Source: Dicyema japonicum (Eukaryota > Animalia > Dicyemida). Taken from it: a DNA stretch of 64,000 nucleotides. The DNA lies in NCBI GenBank assembly GCA_011109175.1, contig RDEW01000024.1, positions 62,001-126,000 on the forward strand, read 5' to 3'. The translations under genes were made by a program, and so were the position numbers. The notes below the pieces were generated by a model. That model was not told the DNA's origin, made no database searches, and worked only from the letters and a program-made list of their open reading frames with translations. Position 1 is the first letter of the stretch, and each line of letters starts with the position of its first letter. This document shows, one piece after another, positions 51,400-62,949 of the stretch.

Positions 51400-52700
51400 C
51401 ACGCTGTAGTTACCTCTTGTGGTGTGTTAGTTTTGCTTATTTCTATTTGTATTGATATTTCTTCATTATTGAAAGTGCAAGATTTATCAAATTTTTATCT
51501 AATAAATATTTGATTCATCAATTCATCATGTTCTTTTTAATTATGAAGAAATAATTCTTTATTGATATATTTTCCAAATTTCCTCTATTATTTATTGTTT
51601 GTTGAATATCATCTCTATTGAAGTCGCATGCCATTACAGTTTCACTAAAATCAGTGTTACAGTACTTGACCTTGATGTACAGATACTATGTCTATACTTG
51701 AATATGCTTGACTGAATCTATGAATCACACGTAAAAGTAATTGATTTATAACAACAATCTAGATCTCCTTTTATTGGGGAAGATAGACCCTTCTAACAAT
51801 TTGATCACCGATGTTAAAATAGAAATATCATTCTTCCACATTCTTTTTGTTAGCATTTTTCTTTCTGCATTGTTTAAAATAAAAATTGCTTTTGTTCTCA
51901 AAGTTTCATTTGATGACCAAAACCATGCAAGATATTCAGTTGCTTCAGTTTGTGTTTTTTCATTCCTTGAATCAATTTGCTTGAATATTTCATTCATTTC
52001 TTCTTCTGAGTAATGATTATTTATGCTTTCATTGACAGAATAAGGAGCGTGCAAAGTTGTTGAATGCTGGACAAAATTATAGGAACTTGTAATTTCTTCA
52101 ATTATGTCTATCCATTTGAAATTCAAATTTTTCGAAAGGCAGGTTGAAGAAATCATAAATTTCAATGTCTGATTCGGACGCTCGACTTGTCTCTGCACCC
52201 AAGGACACCTAGGACGTCCCCTGACGTGTTTTATACCATATGTTGAGCATAACTAACATTTTTTCATTTACAAATTCCTTGCCATTGTCCGTGTGCAAAA
52301 TAGTTGGTTTTCCAAACAATAAAATTATGCTCTTTATTGCACACCTCCGTAGCCGATTTACTCTTTAGAGGTCTTACAGCAAAATTTGGAAAAGGAATCC
52401 AACCCAACCAAAAGCCAGAAAAAACATTCATTGAAATTTGAATAGTGTCGTAGATCAACTAAATCAAAAAATACCTGATATTAGAAGAGGTAACTAGTAC
52501 CTTTCTCTCACTGTATATGCTCTGATAGGTGTTCATAAGCCGTCTTGCCAGACATTGTGAACAAGACCTGAGAACAACCATAACTTCATCTCTGCAAGAT
52601 CCATAGACTAGATTCTTTAGAAAGAAAAAAGTCTATCACGACCAGATGTCTATTTTTGAGGTGAAAATTGTCAATAAAAATCCTCTTCTGTTCATTTTCT
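51400..52700 (-). mobile_element. Ginger/KRBA2-type integrase-like transposase relic
   Basis: DSFSKF, PLKSKSATEV, ILHTDNGKEF, HVRGRPRCPWVQRQVERPNQTLK; a TGTCGCGAG-type end lies at ~50560-50594. Confidence 0.85.
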
Positions 52701-53040
52701 TTTACAGCGAACACGTGCAATAAGATTCCAATGGACGAGTGATTCTCTGGTATCGTTTGGTTTGTCCTCTTTTTCTTCTTGTTAGGTCTGTCAAGGGGGT
52801 AGCTGTAGAATTTAGATCGCCTTTGATCCAGTTTTCTATCACGGAAAACGCTCTTTTTTTGGTTACCGAATTTCTCTGGGCATTCGATAAAGAAATTAAG
52901 GTGTCCTATGATACACATGCATATGACATGCATGGTTCGACGTACTGGCTGTATAGTGATATCAGAACGTGATGATTTCCGATTTTCCATAAACAATAGA
53001 TCTCCTTAAAATGGGAATGCGTCAACTGTTGTCGACTTTT
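52700..53040 (-). mobile_element. CCHC-LINE fragment homologous to 11640-11950
   Basis: Shared KKSVFRDRKLDQRRSKFY. Confidence 0.85.
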
Positions 53041-53739
53041 TTCGAATTTATTGAAGTACCATAAAAATTCTTATATAAATTGTGTAGATTTCTTGAAATT
53101 ATAATATTCTGGTTATTAACTTAATGTTCACACCTCCCATTTAAGAACCAAAATTTATATCTTTTTACCACAAAACTTCAAAAGGCATGTCGAAGTTCCA
53201 GAATTCTCTTCTCACCTTGGCGTTATCATTAATGCATTTTCGTTATGTTATAGCAAATCAAGTGAAAACTGATATACCTACGCATCAAGATTCTTTGCCT
53301 TGTGTTGAATGCATACATGATGTGTTGCAGATAAATTATTTAGTCAGTTCTTTCTCCATCATCATTGCATAAATGTATTTCCGAAAATCTCAAGTACCCA
53401 TTTGGCATTCAGATCATAAAAATTAATAAGGAATATTAAGTCGTCATCAAACAGAGTAATAAAATTCTTGTTACAAAAAATGAGATACTTCACCATGTAA
53501 AGTTTAAATAGAAGCATAAATATGCTGCGTTCAATTAGTAGTTAATTAAAATCAACAGTATTAGAAATACTGGAGTTATCTAAGGAAAAAAGGATAAAGT
53601 CATTTTTGGATTATCAAGAATTTATTTAATGAATTATAATCTATCAAACCTTAAGAAGAAATCGTGAATTTAAAAATGATATATTGTGTTCTTAAGACAT
53701 GTTATATCCTGCAATTATTATGTGAGCTGTGTAGGTCAA

Positions 53740-54350
53740 TGTCTATTTAGCACCATTTAAAATTGCTGGGAATCTCTTTTCGTTGGCATCTCCCTTGATC
53801 TTCTGCACAGTCGGATTATGATCACATGTTGTTTAATAGAAGACTGAGGAGTAATTTTCGATGAAAGTGATGAGGACTGTTACGTAGGGAGATGGGTTGA
53901 TCCGTCTCTCTGAGTGATGTCCTCGTATTTCTCGATATTCAATATCGTTGGGGAGTCAGTAATCGATAGCAATAGTTTCCCTCTCACGTGGACTAGTTGA
54001 GCTGAACCATAAAGGAGCTTTGCATTCAGATCTCCGCAGATCTTATCGAAGGTAGCCAGCCTTAATAAGCTTGGCATAACATAGCTTTTCAGGCAGGAAC
54101 CAAGGGACAGTCGTAGGTTTCTCGAAGTTGGAAGACTGAAGAAATTCTTATAAGATAAGCCTTTTCAACAAAGATTCAAACCCACTTGCAAAGATTTACC
54201 AACTTTATTTGAGATGAATAGTCAAATAAGCGGAGGAATTTGAGAACATTGCTCTTTTCATTTGACCCACAAGGGGTTCCACTCTGTTCAAGGAAGATTA
54301 TTAAAGGGCCAAGATGAGGTCTCTAATGGAACGCATCGGGGTCACGTGAT
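53740..54350 (-). mobile_element. LINE APE fragment
   Basis: CGDLNAK, RGKLLL. Confidence 0.6.
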
Positions 54351-55329
54351 AAATAGTTTGGTCTTAATGTGGTCTTTAAATGTTTATTTAATTTCTTGGA
54401 TGTTAAATGAATAATCATAAACACCAGATACACGATCCGCTAATATTTTATTTAAAAAATCAAATATTTATTATTTTTTTCGAAATTTTATTACTAAAAA
54501 TTAACAGTGCTTTGAAGCATTATGGTAATGGGCAGCTTTTTTGATATGCATAGTCTAACATGTTTTCAGACATTATTTTCGATAAAAAAACACGTAATCA
54601 TTTGGGAATGCCTATCCACGATATCTTCACTTCAAGGGTTATGATACCTGGTTTTCTGAGGTTTTAACACCCTAACACTATAAATATGAAATTTTATGTT
54701 TTCTCCTTAAATGGTATTATGTCGCGTCCCACATTGGTTACATGTCACCTGTCAATCACTGTCAAGCCACATACCAGATGTGCTACTTAATGTGGCTTTG
54801 ATCATTTTAATTGTGTCGGACATATATAAAATCTTTTGCCTTTATTCATAAATATTCAACATGTGCTCTATAAAATGTTTATCTTTTTATATGATAATAG
54901 GCTTTTTTTATTTCGAATCTGAAAGATGGACTTTGGATGCGTAGGTCATTCCACATCAAATAGATTCCACCAGTGAAGTGAAGCGTACTTCTAAGAATAA
55001 AGTAATGTCCATGACGGTATGACCTACGATGAAAATAGAAAGGAGCTAACCTACTTCTACTTCTCTTCTCTGAAGTGGATGCTTGTAAGGTCTATTGGGA
55101 AATAAAATTGGTCGACACAAGCATATGTTCTCTTTTGTGTTTCTTCTTTAGATTAACAAATTAGAACTGTTACTACTGGGCTTACCAAAGATTGTAAGGT
55201 GTAAGTTAATTATTAAACTAGAATGAGTCACCGATGAGTTAATTATAGTCAATATTATGGAAATTATTCTAATATAAAAAATTGTTTGAAAAAACATGTA
55301 TTGTATGTATAATTGTGTTATGTTATCCA

Positions 55330-55720
55330 AATAAAGTCGTGTCCGACCATTAGAGATCCCATGAGCCAATTTACTCCACTCTTCCGATCCTTGCAATTTG
55401 AGTAGCCTTGATATAGGCATTCCTTTTCTTCTACAATGGATAGTCACTGAGTCTTCGGTCGACCAGGTCTTCTCTTCCCAGTAATATTGCTCAGAATAAT
55501 GGTTCTTTCCAGGAAATCAGAGCGGACAACATCCCCAAAGAACGCCAATCTGTGTTTTACGATTCATCGGTAATTGTTATTTTGAAGTCCAAGGGATTCT
55601 TAGTAAACTCCTACACCACCAAAGTTCATAAGCATAAATTTTTCGTTAATCCGCCTTTTTCAGTATTCATGATTCTGCGCCGTATAAAAAAACCGAGAAC
55701 ACGATTGCATTAACCAGCAT
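55330..55720 (-). mobile_element. RTE/BovB-like 3' relic
   Basis: LVNAIVFSVF.YGAES, IPWTSK. Confidence 0.65.
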
Positions 55721-55947
55721 GTATGCATAATTACTATTATCAATATTAAAACCATTTTTTTATCAAAGTATTGAAGATAATGTAATATAAAACAAACGTA
55801 GATATATTATTAACCATTGTTTATAAAAACGTTCTTTTACGTCGACTTGGATAATAACCCATATAATGCCATTTTCAATATTTTTGTTCGCAATTATCGA
55901 TAGCAATTCCTCGCTTAAAAAACCTTTAAACACCCCTTAAATACTAA

Positions 55948-56275
55948 TCGCATGGGACAGTGTAACAAGTGCCGAAAAAAATCTTGATTGCCACCGGTTG
56001 TAATCTCGCTGCTGTACATTTAGATTGAATGTCCCATGCATCTACAATGCTTTGAATTGACGCCGTCATCAGTGAATACTTCACTGCGGAACCATATTGT
56101 CTACTAGGACTAACACCAAGCAAAATAGATGTAAAGAACATTCGTTGGTTTCTTTCTACGATTGATTACCAAAACTATGCTTTACTTTAATAAAGATTGT
56201 GTCCTGCCTGTGCTAAGCTATCTGTTTATGGCTCTCGCAAAAAGTGCTGTTTTTTAAGAAATTCTATTTGCCCTG
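55948..56275 (+). mobile_element. tRNA-headed SINE, copy 3
   Basis: Colinear with 12983-13265; partial copies at ~30450-30580 and ~33720-33800. Confidence 0.7.
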
Positions 56276-56569
56276 TCTCTTTGAAGCTAGTGTCTCGATT
56301 TGTTTCAGTGTTTAATAATTATGTTTAATGGAAGAAAATTAACACCTATTTTAGAAAAAAAGATTTTCTCTGTTAATTTTGACTTATACAAATTTAATTT
56401 TTTACCGTAAATATGCCAAGTAAATAACATCTAAATAAATATATCAAAAACTGAGATATTACAACATTACACGAGTCCAATACTAACATCAATATAAAGA
56501 GCCAGTTAGATGTGTATGAATTTATAAATCCTACTTACAAGTGACATGGCTAGAAATTAAGTTGAGTTT

Positions 56570-56720
56570 GGCATGATAACTCAATGAAATAAAGTCCGGA
56601 ACAAAATGACGAGGTTTCGGTTCGAATCCCGTTGCTGTCCATTCGTTTGAAGGTTCCAGCATGAGTGACGCCGACATCAGTGTTTCAACACTGAGAATTA
56701 GACCGCATTTCCTTTGACGA
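56570..56720 (+). mobile_element. tRNA-headed SINE, copy 4
   Basis: taactcaatg A-box-like, ggttcgaatccc B box, then ttgaaggttcca..catcagtg body. Confidence 0.7.
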
Positions 56721-57119
56721 TTTACAAGGAAATGTGTTCTCGATGAGCCAATGCCTTTCTCTCCGATCATTATTTTTTTCGCGATGAACGAACCGATCCT
56801 GTTTAGAAGGATAAGAGATCTGCTTCCAATAATTCCTTACGTTTCACTGCCACTGATTCTGAAAAAACTGTCACCAAGACATGCATATTTCTTCAACTTT
56901 AGGGTCTCAGCCTTCCCTGTAGCAGAACCTGGGTTAGTTGCAGTCATGATGTTAATATAATATTATTGAAAATTGTTAGCAAACAAAAAAATTTCTGATA
57001 GTTAATAAAGTTAGTAATTTTAATTATTTTGTCGTATTGTTATGTTGTATTTGTTTTTACTGGAAATTAAATTTTTGTATAATATATATTTATTGACCTG
57101 AATAAAAAAATTTGATTTA

Positions 57120-57803
57120 GTTAAAGGTAAATTCCGATTGTCATTTTCTAAGAGAAACTCTTCAGTGTTTGTTTGATACAATTTGCCCCTTGGCACGACG
57201 ATACTGCTTCATTAGTCTCCCTTAGGCAGTGAGTTTTCTGAATCGTCCAAGGAATAATTCCATATTTGGGCTCTATACGCATACTCTCCGAAGTTTTCTT
57301 GATGACGGTTGATAGATATATGCACGAGTTGACTACTCTGAGAGGAGACAAAATTGAACGTTAAGACAGTTCATTGACAACTTTATTCGACTTACGTAAT
57401 GTATGATTCTTCCTTATTCATGGATTAAATTCATGTTGATCAATGTCTGAAGATGAGATCTATTATTATAATGCCTGATGACCGATTTACTTCAGTTCCG
57501 TGGTAGAGGTGGAGTAAAAACTAAGGACAAGTTTTAAAAAACCACGGCTTGGAAAACTCTACTTATGCTTACGGCTCCATTAAACCTCGAGTCTTTGTCA
57601 GGAACGACGTAGAGCTTATTTCGCGGAAAGAAAAGTGTGAGATCCCAAAAGGAACATATTTGGAAGATGAAGATGCACAGAACGGATTCAAAAAATTAAG
57701 AAAAGACAATTTTTCTAATATCGTCAATTGTAAGCTTATTAATCCTCTTCTTCTCACAAACAGAAAGCACTTCCTCGGAAATCGCCCGCTTAGTCTGCTG
57801 TAG
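57120..57803 (+). other. Possible unknown gene with tiny introns, convergent with the SNF2 gene
   Basis: GT-AG segments gtgagttttctgaatcgtccaag and gtagaggtggagtaaaaactaag (23 nt); open frame to 57803. Confidence 0.3.
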
Positions 57804-59853
57804 TCTAATAATTCCCTCCTCCACAGTATCAGCACATATCAATCTATGAGCTATCACAAGGTCACTACCTATGTATGGTAACAGCTTTAGTCTGCCCCAA
57901 TCTGTGGACCCGATCACACATTTGGTCCACCACGGCAGGATTCCTACCAATTACCCAAACCATAACCAATGAGAGTCCATTAGAAATATATTATTAGCCG
58001 AGACTAAATTGAGTCCCACACAGCCGGCCTTCATCGATAGAAGCATAATCTACTAATGAACCACCATTACCCTGACGTCATCGCCACGTGTAAAGTCTTG
58101 TATAACATTCTGCCGTGAGTGACTAGATAGTTGTCCATGGAAGTAGCAAAACGGAATATTAAGTGATTTAATTCTTTCTGCGACAAAGTGAAGCAGCTTA
58201 ACCCACTGAGAGACCACAATACTAGAATGACCTCATAAACAACCATTTATCACAACTCCCAGTTAGAGTTTTCTTTAATAGTGTGACGAGCACCCCCAAC
58301 TAATCCTAGCCCTACAATCATACCTTACTACTGCTCACTGACTCTTTATCCTACAATAGTTAACATTGACTACATCAAATAGTCCCACGTGGCAACAACA
58401 TTGTTGGAGACGAAGGAAGGAGAGGAATAAATGGGAGTTATCAACGTTAGTTCTAACACATTACAGCAAATATACTTAAATTTTTCATAAAAGTCGTTCT
58501 TGCGGGGACAAGTAGATAAAATGATCACAGAATACTTTAGAAGGGAGACTGATGACTTTGTCCTTAAGCCTCCTCAGGACAAACTTACTAACAAGCAAGT
58601 CAAGCAACGGTTTAGCAGTGTCAGAGGGCCTACTAACATACTTACTCCAAAATTAGTGGTTATTGTCAGGAGCAATCCTTAAGAATGACACGAGGGAGTA
58701 AAGGTCATCCAGTCTGTTCTGTATCGGAGTGCCAGTGATCGCCCACTGTGAGTGAGAGGAGAGCGACAGTACAGCCTTAGTAACCGCAGAACGTCTATTC
58801 TTAATAATGTGTGCTTCATCAATGATAACATTATCCCAGTTAATATCAAGCGTGTCAGTCCTAATGATCCCATAGGTAGTCAACACTATGACGTTTCCAC
58901 CAACCCCACTAAATATATATCATTATTACTCTAATAGTCCTCTTCTATTACCTCCATGGTATAGTATCACTCTAATATTACTAAATCTAGCAATCTCCCG
59001 CTGCCATTGGTTCAATATTGACAAAGGGCATATTATCAGATTTTTGCCCCCCTTTAGTAACAAATAGGCTATTATAGTCACTGTCTTCCCCAATCCCATC
59101 TCATCACCTACCATATCTACCACTCTAACCAAGGATTCCACCACTCTTCCGCCATTTCATCCAACCCAACGACACTTTTTGGTGCTCCATCAGCTCTCCA
59201 TTAAACTCCCCCACACTTTGTACTACACTATAATCAAAATCATCCTCACTACTACTTACTCCCATTATTACTTTATTATTGCCTCTAGTCCCAATAATAA
59301 ATCTTCCTCTACTATTTCTTTCTTCCAATTTATTTTCCCTTTTTCTATTTTATTATTTTCTTTTGTATATTCTTTATAATCACTTGGCAGTTTATTTATT
59401 AATTTTGTTTTACTTTGGTTAACCTATATTTTAATAAAATGCCGCCAAATAATACATTATTGTTTATTTGAGAAGATTTGTCCTCGTTTCCGAAGTAATC
59501 TAAGTAAACGATCATTTAATACCATCAGGTACAAGTTTGAGTTTATTAAACTCCTTTTCCAACTCGAATCCATATTTTTCTAATTTAGCACCAGAATCAC
59601 TTAGTCTTTGATCATTGATAGTTTGTTTGCATTTCTGTATATTAATCGTAAATATAAACTATAAAATTTGTTAATTTAGTGTTAAGAACAGTCTTAGCTT
59701 CCATTAATTGTTGATTTGTCTTAATAATAGTAGTGTTATTTCCAATTCTATATATAATGGGTTTATTAACTGTCGTTAATAATAAAAGATACATTGTTTG
59801 TCCTCTATTTTTAATGCATCAAAGCATTCTATCATATCACCCACGTCGCCCAT
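57696..59853 (-). CDS. TTF2: SNF2-family ATPase, TTF2/Lodestar-like, 14 tiny introns; one in-frame TAA and one frameshift
   Basis: Spliced [82 protein letters not shown]; no RING; N-terminal LSDSGAKL resembles TTF2 LPDKGxKL. Confidence 0.85.
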
Positions 59854-59934
59854 TATTATTTAATTTTATTATTATTAATTAATTATTAATTGAAAATAAA
59901 TATTAAATAAAAATATGCTTTAGTGGAATAACTA

Positions 59935-60230
59935 TTTGTAATCCTGACATGTCTTTTCTTCACGATTTTCACACAACAACCTACTTGGTTTAAGATTTCC
60001 GTTCTGTTTTTTCCTTCTTTTATTCCTAGACTTTTTATTTGATACACTTTACTCGGGAGGCGCTTTGTTCCTTGTCGGTTCCAGAAAAGATCCCTTTTTA
60101 TCTTACTCCAGTAAAGAAGTTGTCACAATGGCTAATATATAGAAAGGACGTGACTGGAATAGAATACATGCAACTTTTTACGGGGGAAAGTATAAAATAA
60201 TTTTCTGGTATATCCGGGGTTATTAATAAA
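59935..60230 (+). mobile_element. Degenerate copy of the ~300-bp non-autonomous element
   Basis: Pyrimidine tract, gaaaagatcc, tail tatccggggttattaataaa. Confidence 0.5.
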
Positions 60231-60367
60231 CTGTTGATTGATAAGTATTCAATTTATTAACTACTCAAGACCTTTGATGTAGATTTCCTAAGTGCTTTGA
60301 GTGTTCGGATTAAATAAGGTCAAATTCTTATGGACATATCTATAATGCAGACTAACGTCACAATTAG

Positions 60368-60818
60368 ATGATACTCGAGAATGTTGTGTTATTTTTTACT
60401 ATTAAATCGGGTAATTTTAATATTTTGATTAATAGATATAGAAGAACTAGTATTAAACAAAGTATAAGCATTAAAGACTGACAGGTATAGATTGATGACT
60501 TCCCTAGCTTCTCACACGACATTGAAGACGACGGTATAATTGGTAATTTATGCTAGATACATCAGAAGAATTCGAAGAAGGTAAAATAACTACTCATTAC
60601 GGTAGATAATCCATATGAATTGGAGGGCGGTATAATATCTGGTCATTTGTATAGTTACTGAGGATGAATTCATGGAAGGTAGTGACTTATTTTTTCGCTA
60701 GCTTCCACTAATCAACTGGAGCCAAGTATAACGAGACAAAATTTCGGCAAGCTTATACTACAGGAGGTATAATGACTGGTCATTTCTAGAATATACCAAA
60801 CGACATGCAGAGTTATAA
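60368..60818 (+). CDS. Micro-exon gene 3' part encoding an acidic tail ending HAEL (ER-retention-like)
   Basis: Introns 60411-435, 60485-507, 60534-556, 60581-605, 60630-654, 60679-701, 60726-751 and 60767-789, all GT..AG; phase-1 exons of 24, 24, 24, 24 and 15 nt; one in-frame TAA at 60465; true start uncertain. Confidence 0.8.
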
Positions 60819-60949
60819 GGACAGTTTATTTAACACTTTAACGACTATTTAGTTCAACTAATATTAACTCCCATTAAGTCATTGCATCACACAAGGCTTG
60901 ATATATTCTCAAGTACCCACTCGTTTTTTGTTGCTTCATACAAAGCTCC

Positions 60950-61600
60950 ATTTAAAGTAAAATCAATAATTAGACTAAACCAGGGATTCCACACATCACC
61001 GAATAAGATGCAAGATCGCCTTGCCGGGTACATCAACCACTAGACGATATATTGCCCACAAATTGGAGGAAGAAATCAGTCATCGCGTATGAACTGAGCG
61101 ACTACCAGATTATACTTAAAACAGAACAACGCGGATGATATAGTCCTAGTATCTAGGGATGTGAGCATTATCGACTCGAATATTACAGGACAACCTGAAT
61201 AATCTGAGTTTGTGGCTTTACAAAAATCAATTGAGACCAACTCCACAGAAGTCAGTATTGACTCTTTTCACATCAAACAGAAGACTGGAAAAACTATTAA
61301 TCGACGTCAAATTAAACGGAAAAACTATCCCGCAAATCCTAGAAGATCCTCGGAGTTACCTTCGACACCTTAACCTTTTCGTCAATGTTGAAAAGGTAGT
61401 AAAGGATTATAAAAAAAGATTAACTTCATGAAGGTTTTCTGGGAAATTTAAAAACTCTAGAGGCCAAATTGGATACCCTCTAAAGGCAGTACATTGAACC
61501 TACAATTTATTATGCATGTGCTGCCTGGGGGACAAAACTTTCACCAACGAACTTGACCAAGATCTATAATATTCAATCAATGTCGACGAAACTATTGAGG
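60950..61600 (+). mobile_element. CCHC-family LINE RT/thumb relic
   Basis: ADDIVLVS, PQKSVLTLFTSNRR, YACAAWG. Confidence 0.8.
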
Positions 61601-62409
61601 AAGTCTTCTTGCAAGGAAATCCTGTCAGAAGCTTTGAACAGGATTAATGTGACTGTGAAATTTTCGTGCGTTGAACGCCGCGCCCTTATCGTAAATGTAC
61701 CGGAAAACTGTCTGAACACACGGAAAAGATGCGGAGACTGCTGAGGTAGATCAGGATAATTTTTTATTCGGCTTAGCAGTTTTTTTATTAATATAACAAT
61801 TAAACAAATGTCAGTTTCAGGAAGCCTGCTGCGTGGATTGCGAACGGGTTCCCTCGGAGTATGGCTATTCCAATCTTTTGTCTTAGCCATAACCCTTCTC
61901 GTTGATCCCTTTTCTTTCTTAGCAGTTAAAAATTTTTTTTTGAAATTTGCAATTTTCTTGTTACCTTAAAATTATGTTAACGCGATATGCTCTGGTGATA
62001 TCTTTTTTGGATATTATATGAACACTATTCCGCCGAAGACCTAGCACATTAATTCCTCTTAGAAAAGGGAATTCGTCTATGATGCAGCATCACTTGTCCA
62101 GAATGCTCTGAAACCTACCATGGATTCGTCTAATTTAAATCTGTGGTCGCCTGTGTTATTATTCACAAACATTACTCACCTCTAAGACACGACTGCTATC
62201 TTTATGGAAAAAGTAATCAAATATCAAAGATACAGTCAGTATATAAATATATTTTAATTTTAAATGTCTACGTTTATATTAGCATTATTAAATAAGGATC
62301 GACAGAGTTTTTCGATCTCCTCAATCTGTGCAGGTAGAAAGTACGTCCTTGCTGCAGGAAAATAGAAATCATAATCACCATTGATCTTTATTAAATTATT
62401 TGTAAATAC

Positions 62410-62839
62410 CTGCATTGTGCTATATATTGGGTCTATTACCCATGGAATCTCATTTACAAATGTTGTTTCTCCTGTTATGAAATAATACATCAACATCTCT
62501 TATATGCTCACATGACATTGGAATATTCTTTAATAGCTTCAACACTGCATGAGAAATAAGATACCTCAATACACTAATTTTTTACTTATACTTTATACCC
62601 GAAATATACACAATTGTCTTGTTTGTGTTTTAGTGAACTCATATCTCAATGATCTCTAATTATTTAACGAATGTGTTGTGCTAGCATCTTCCCTTTCTGG
62701 ATTTTTTAACTAACAAACTGTTTACTTTTTTCATATTTCTTTGACTGCATTTAATGCCATTTGCGAGCTACAATAACTATTATTAGATACATTTTAACCC
62801 GACACTTCTTCATTTTGTTTAAAACTCCATATATCCCAT
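62410..62839 (-). pseudogene. PRP8: PRP8 N-terminal fragment with tiny introns
   Basis: ARKWH*MQSKKY, IIRDH*DM, HAVLKLLKNIPM, ITGETTFVNEIPWVIDPIY match the Prp8 PRO8NT region; introns of 23 and 25 nt; multiple stops; truncated after ~120 aa. Confidence 0.9.
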
Positions 62840-62949
62840 TATTTGATTACTCGTGCAACAAACACTATTACAGTTAGTATTTTATATTTAATTTGTATTT
62901 TTTAATTATAATAAATTTTAACATTATTAATTAACATTTGTATTTCTTT

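Noticed and set aside
56570-56642. tRNA gene (GGTTCGAATCCC B box)
   Set aside because: No complete cloverleaf; it continues into a body shared with other dispersed copies, so it is a SINE head
58653-58655. TAA reassigned to an amino acid (alternative genetic code)
   Set aside because: TAA also terminates genes at the expected ends (KIVFS*, HAEL*), in-frame stops align to different residues in the PRP8 and PDS5 relics, and the 463-aa RT has none
60485-60818. CRISPR-like array (~48-nt periodicity)
   Set aside because: Repeats are not identical or palindromic, no cas genes, eukaryotic context; explained by exon-intron units
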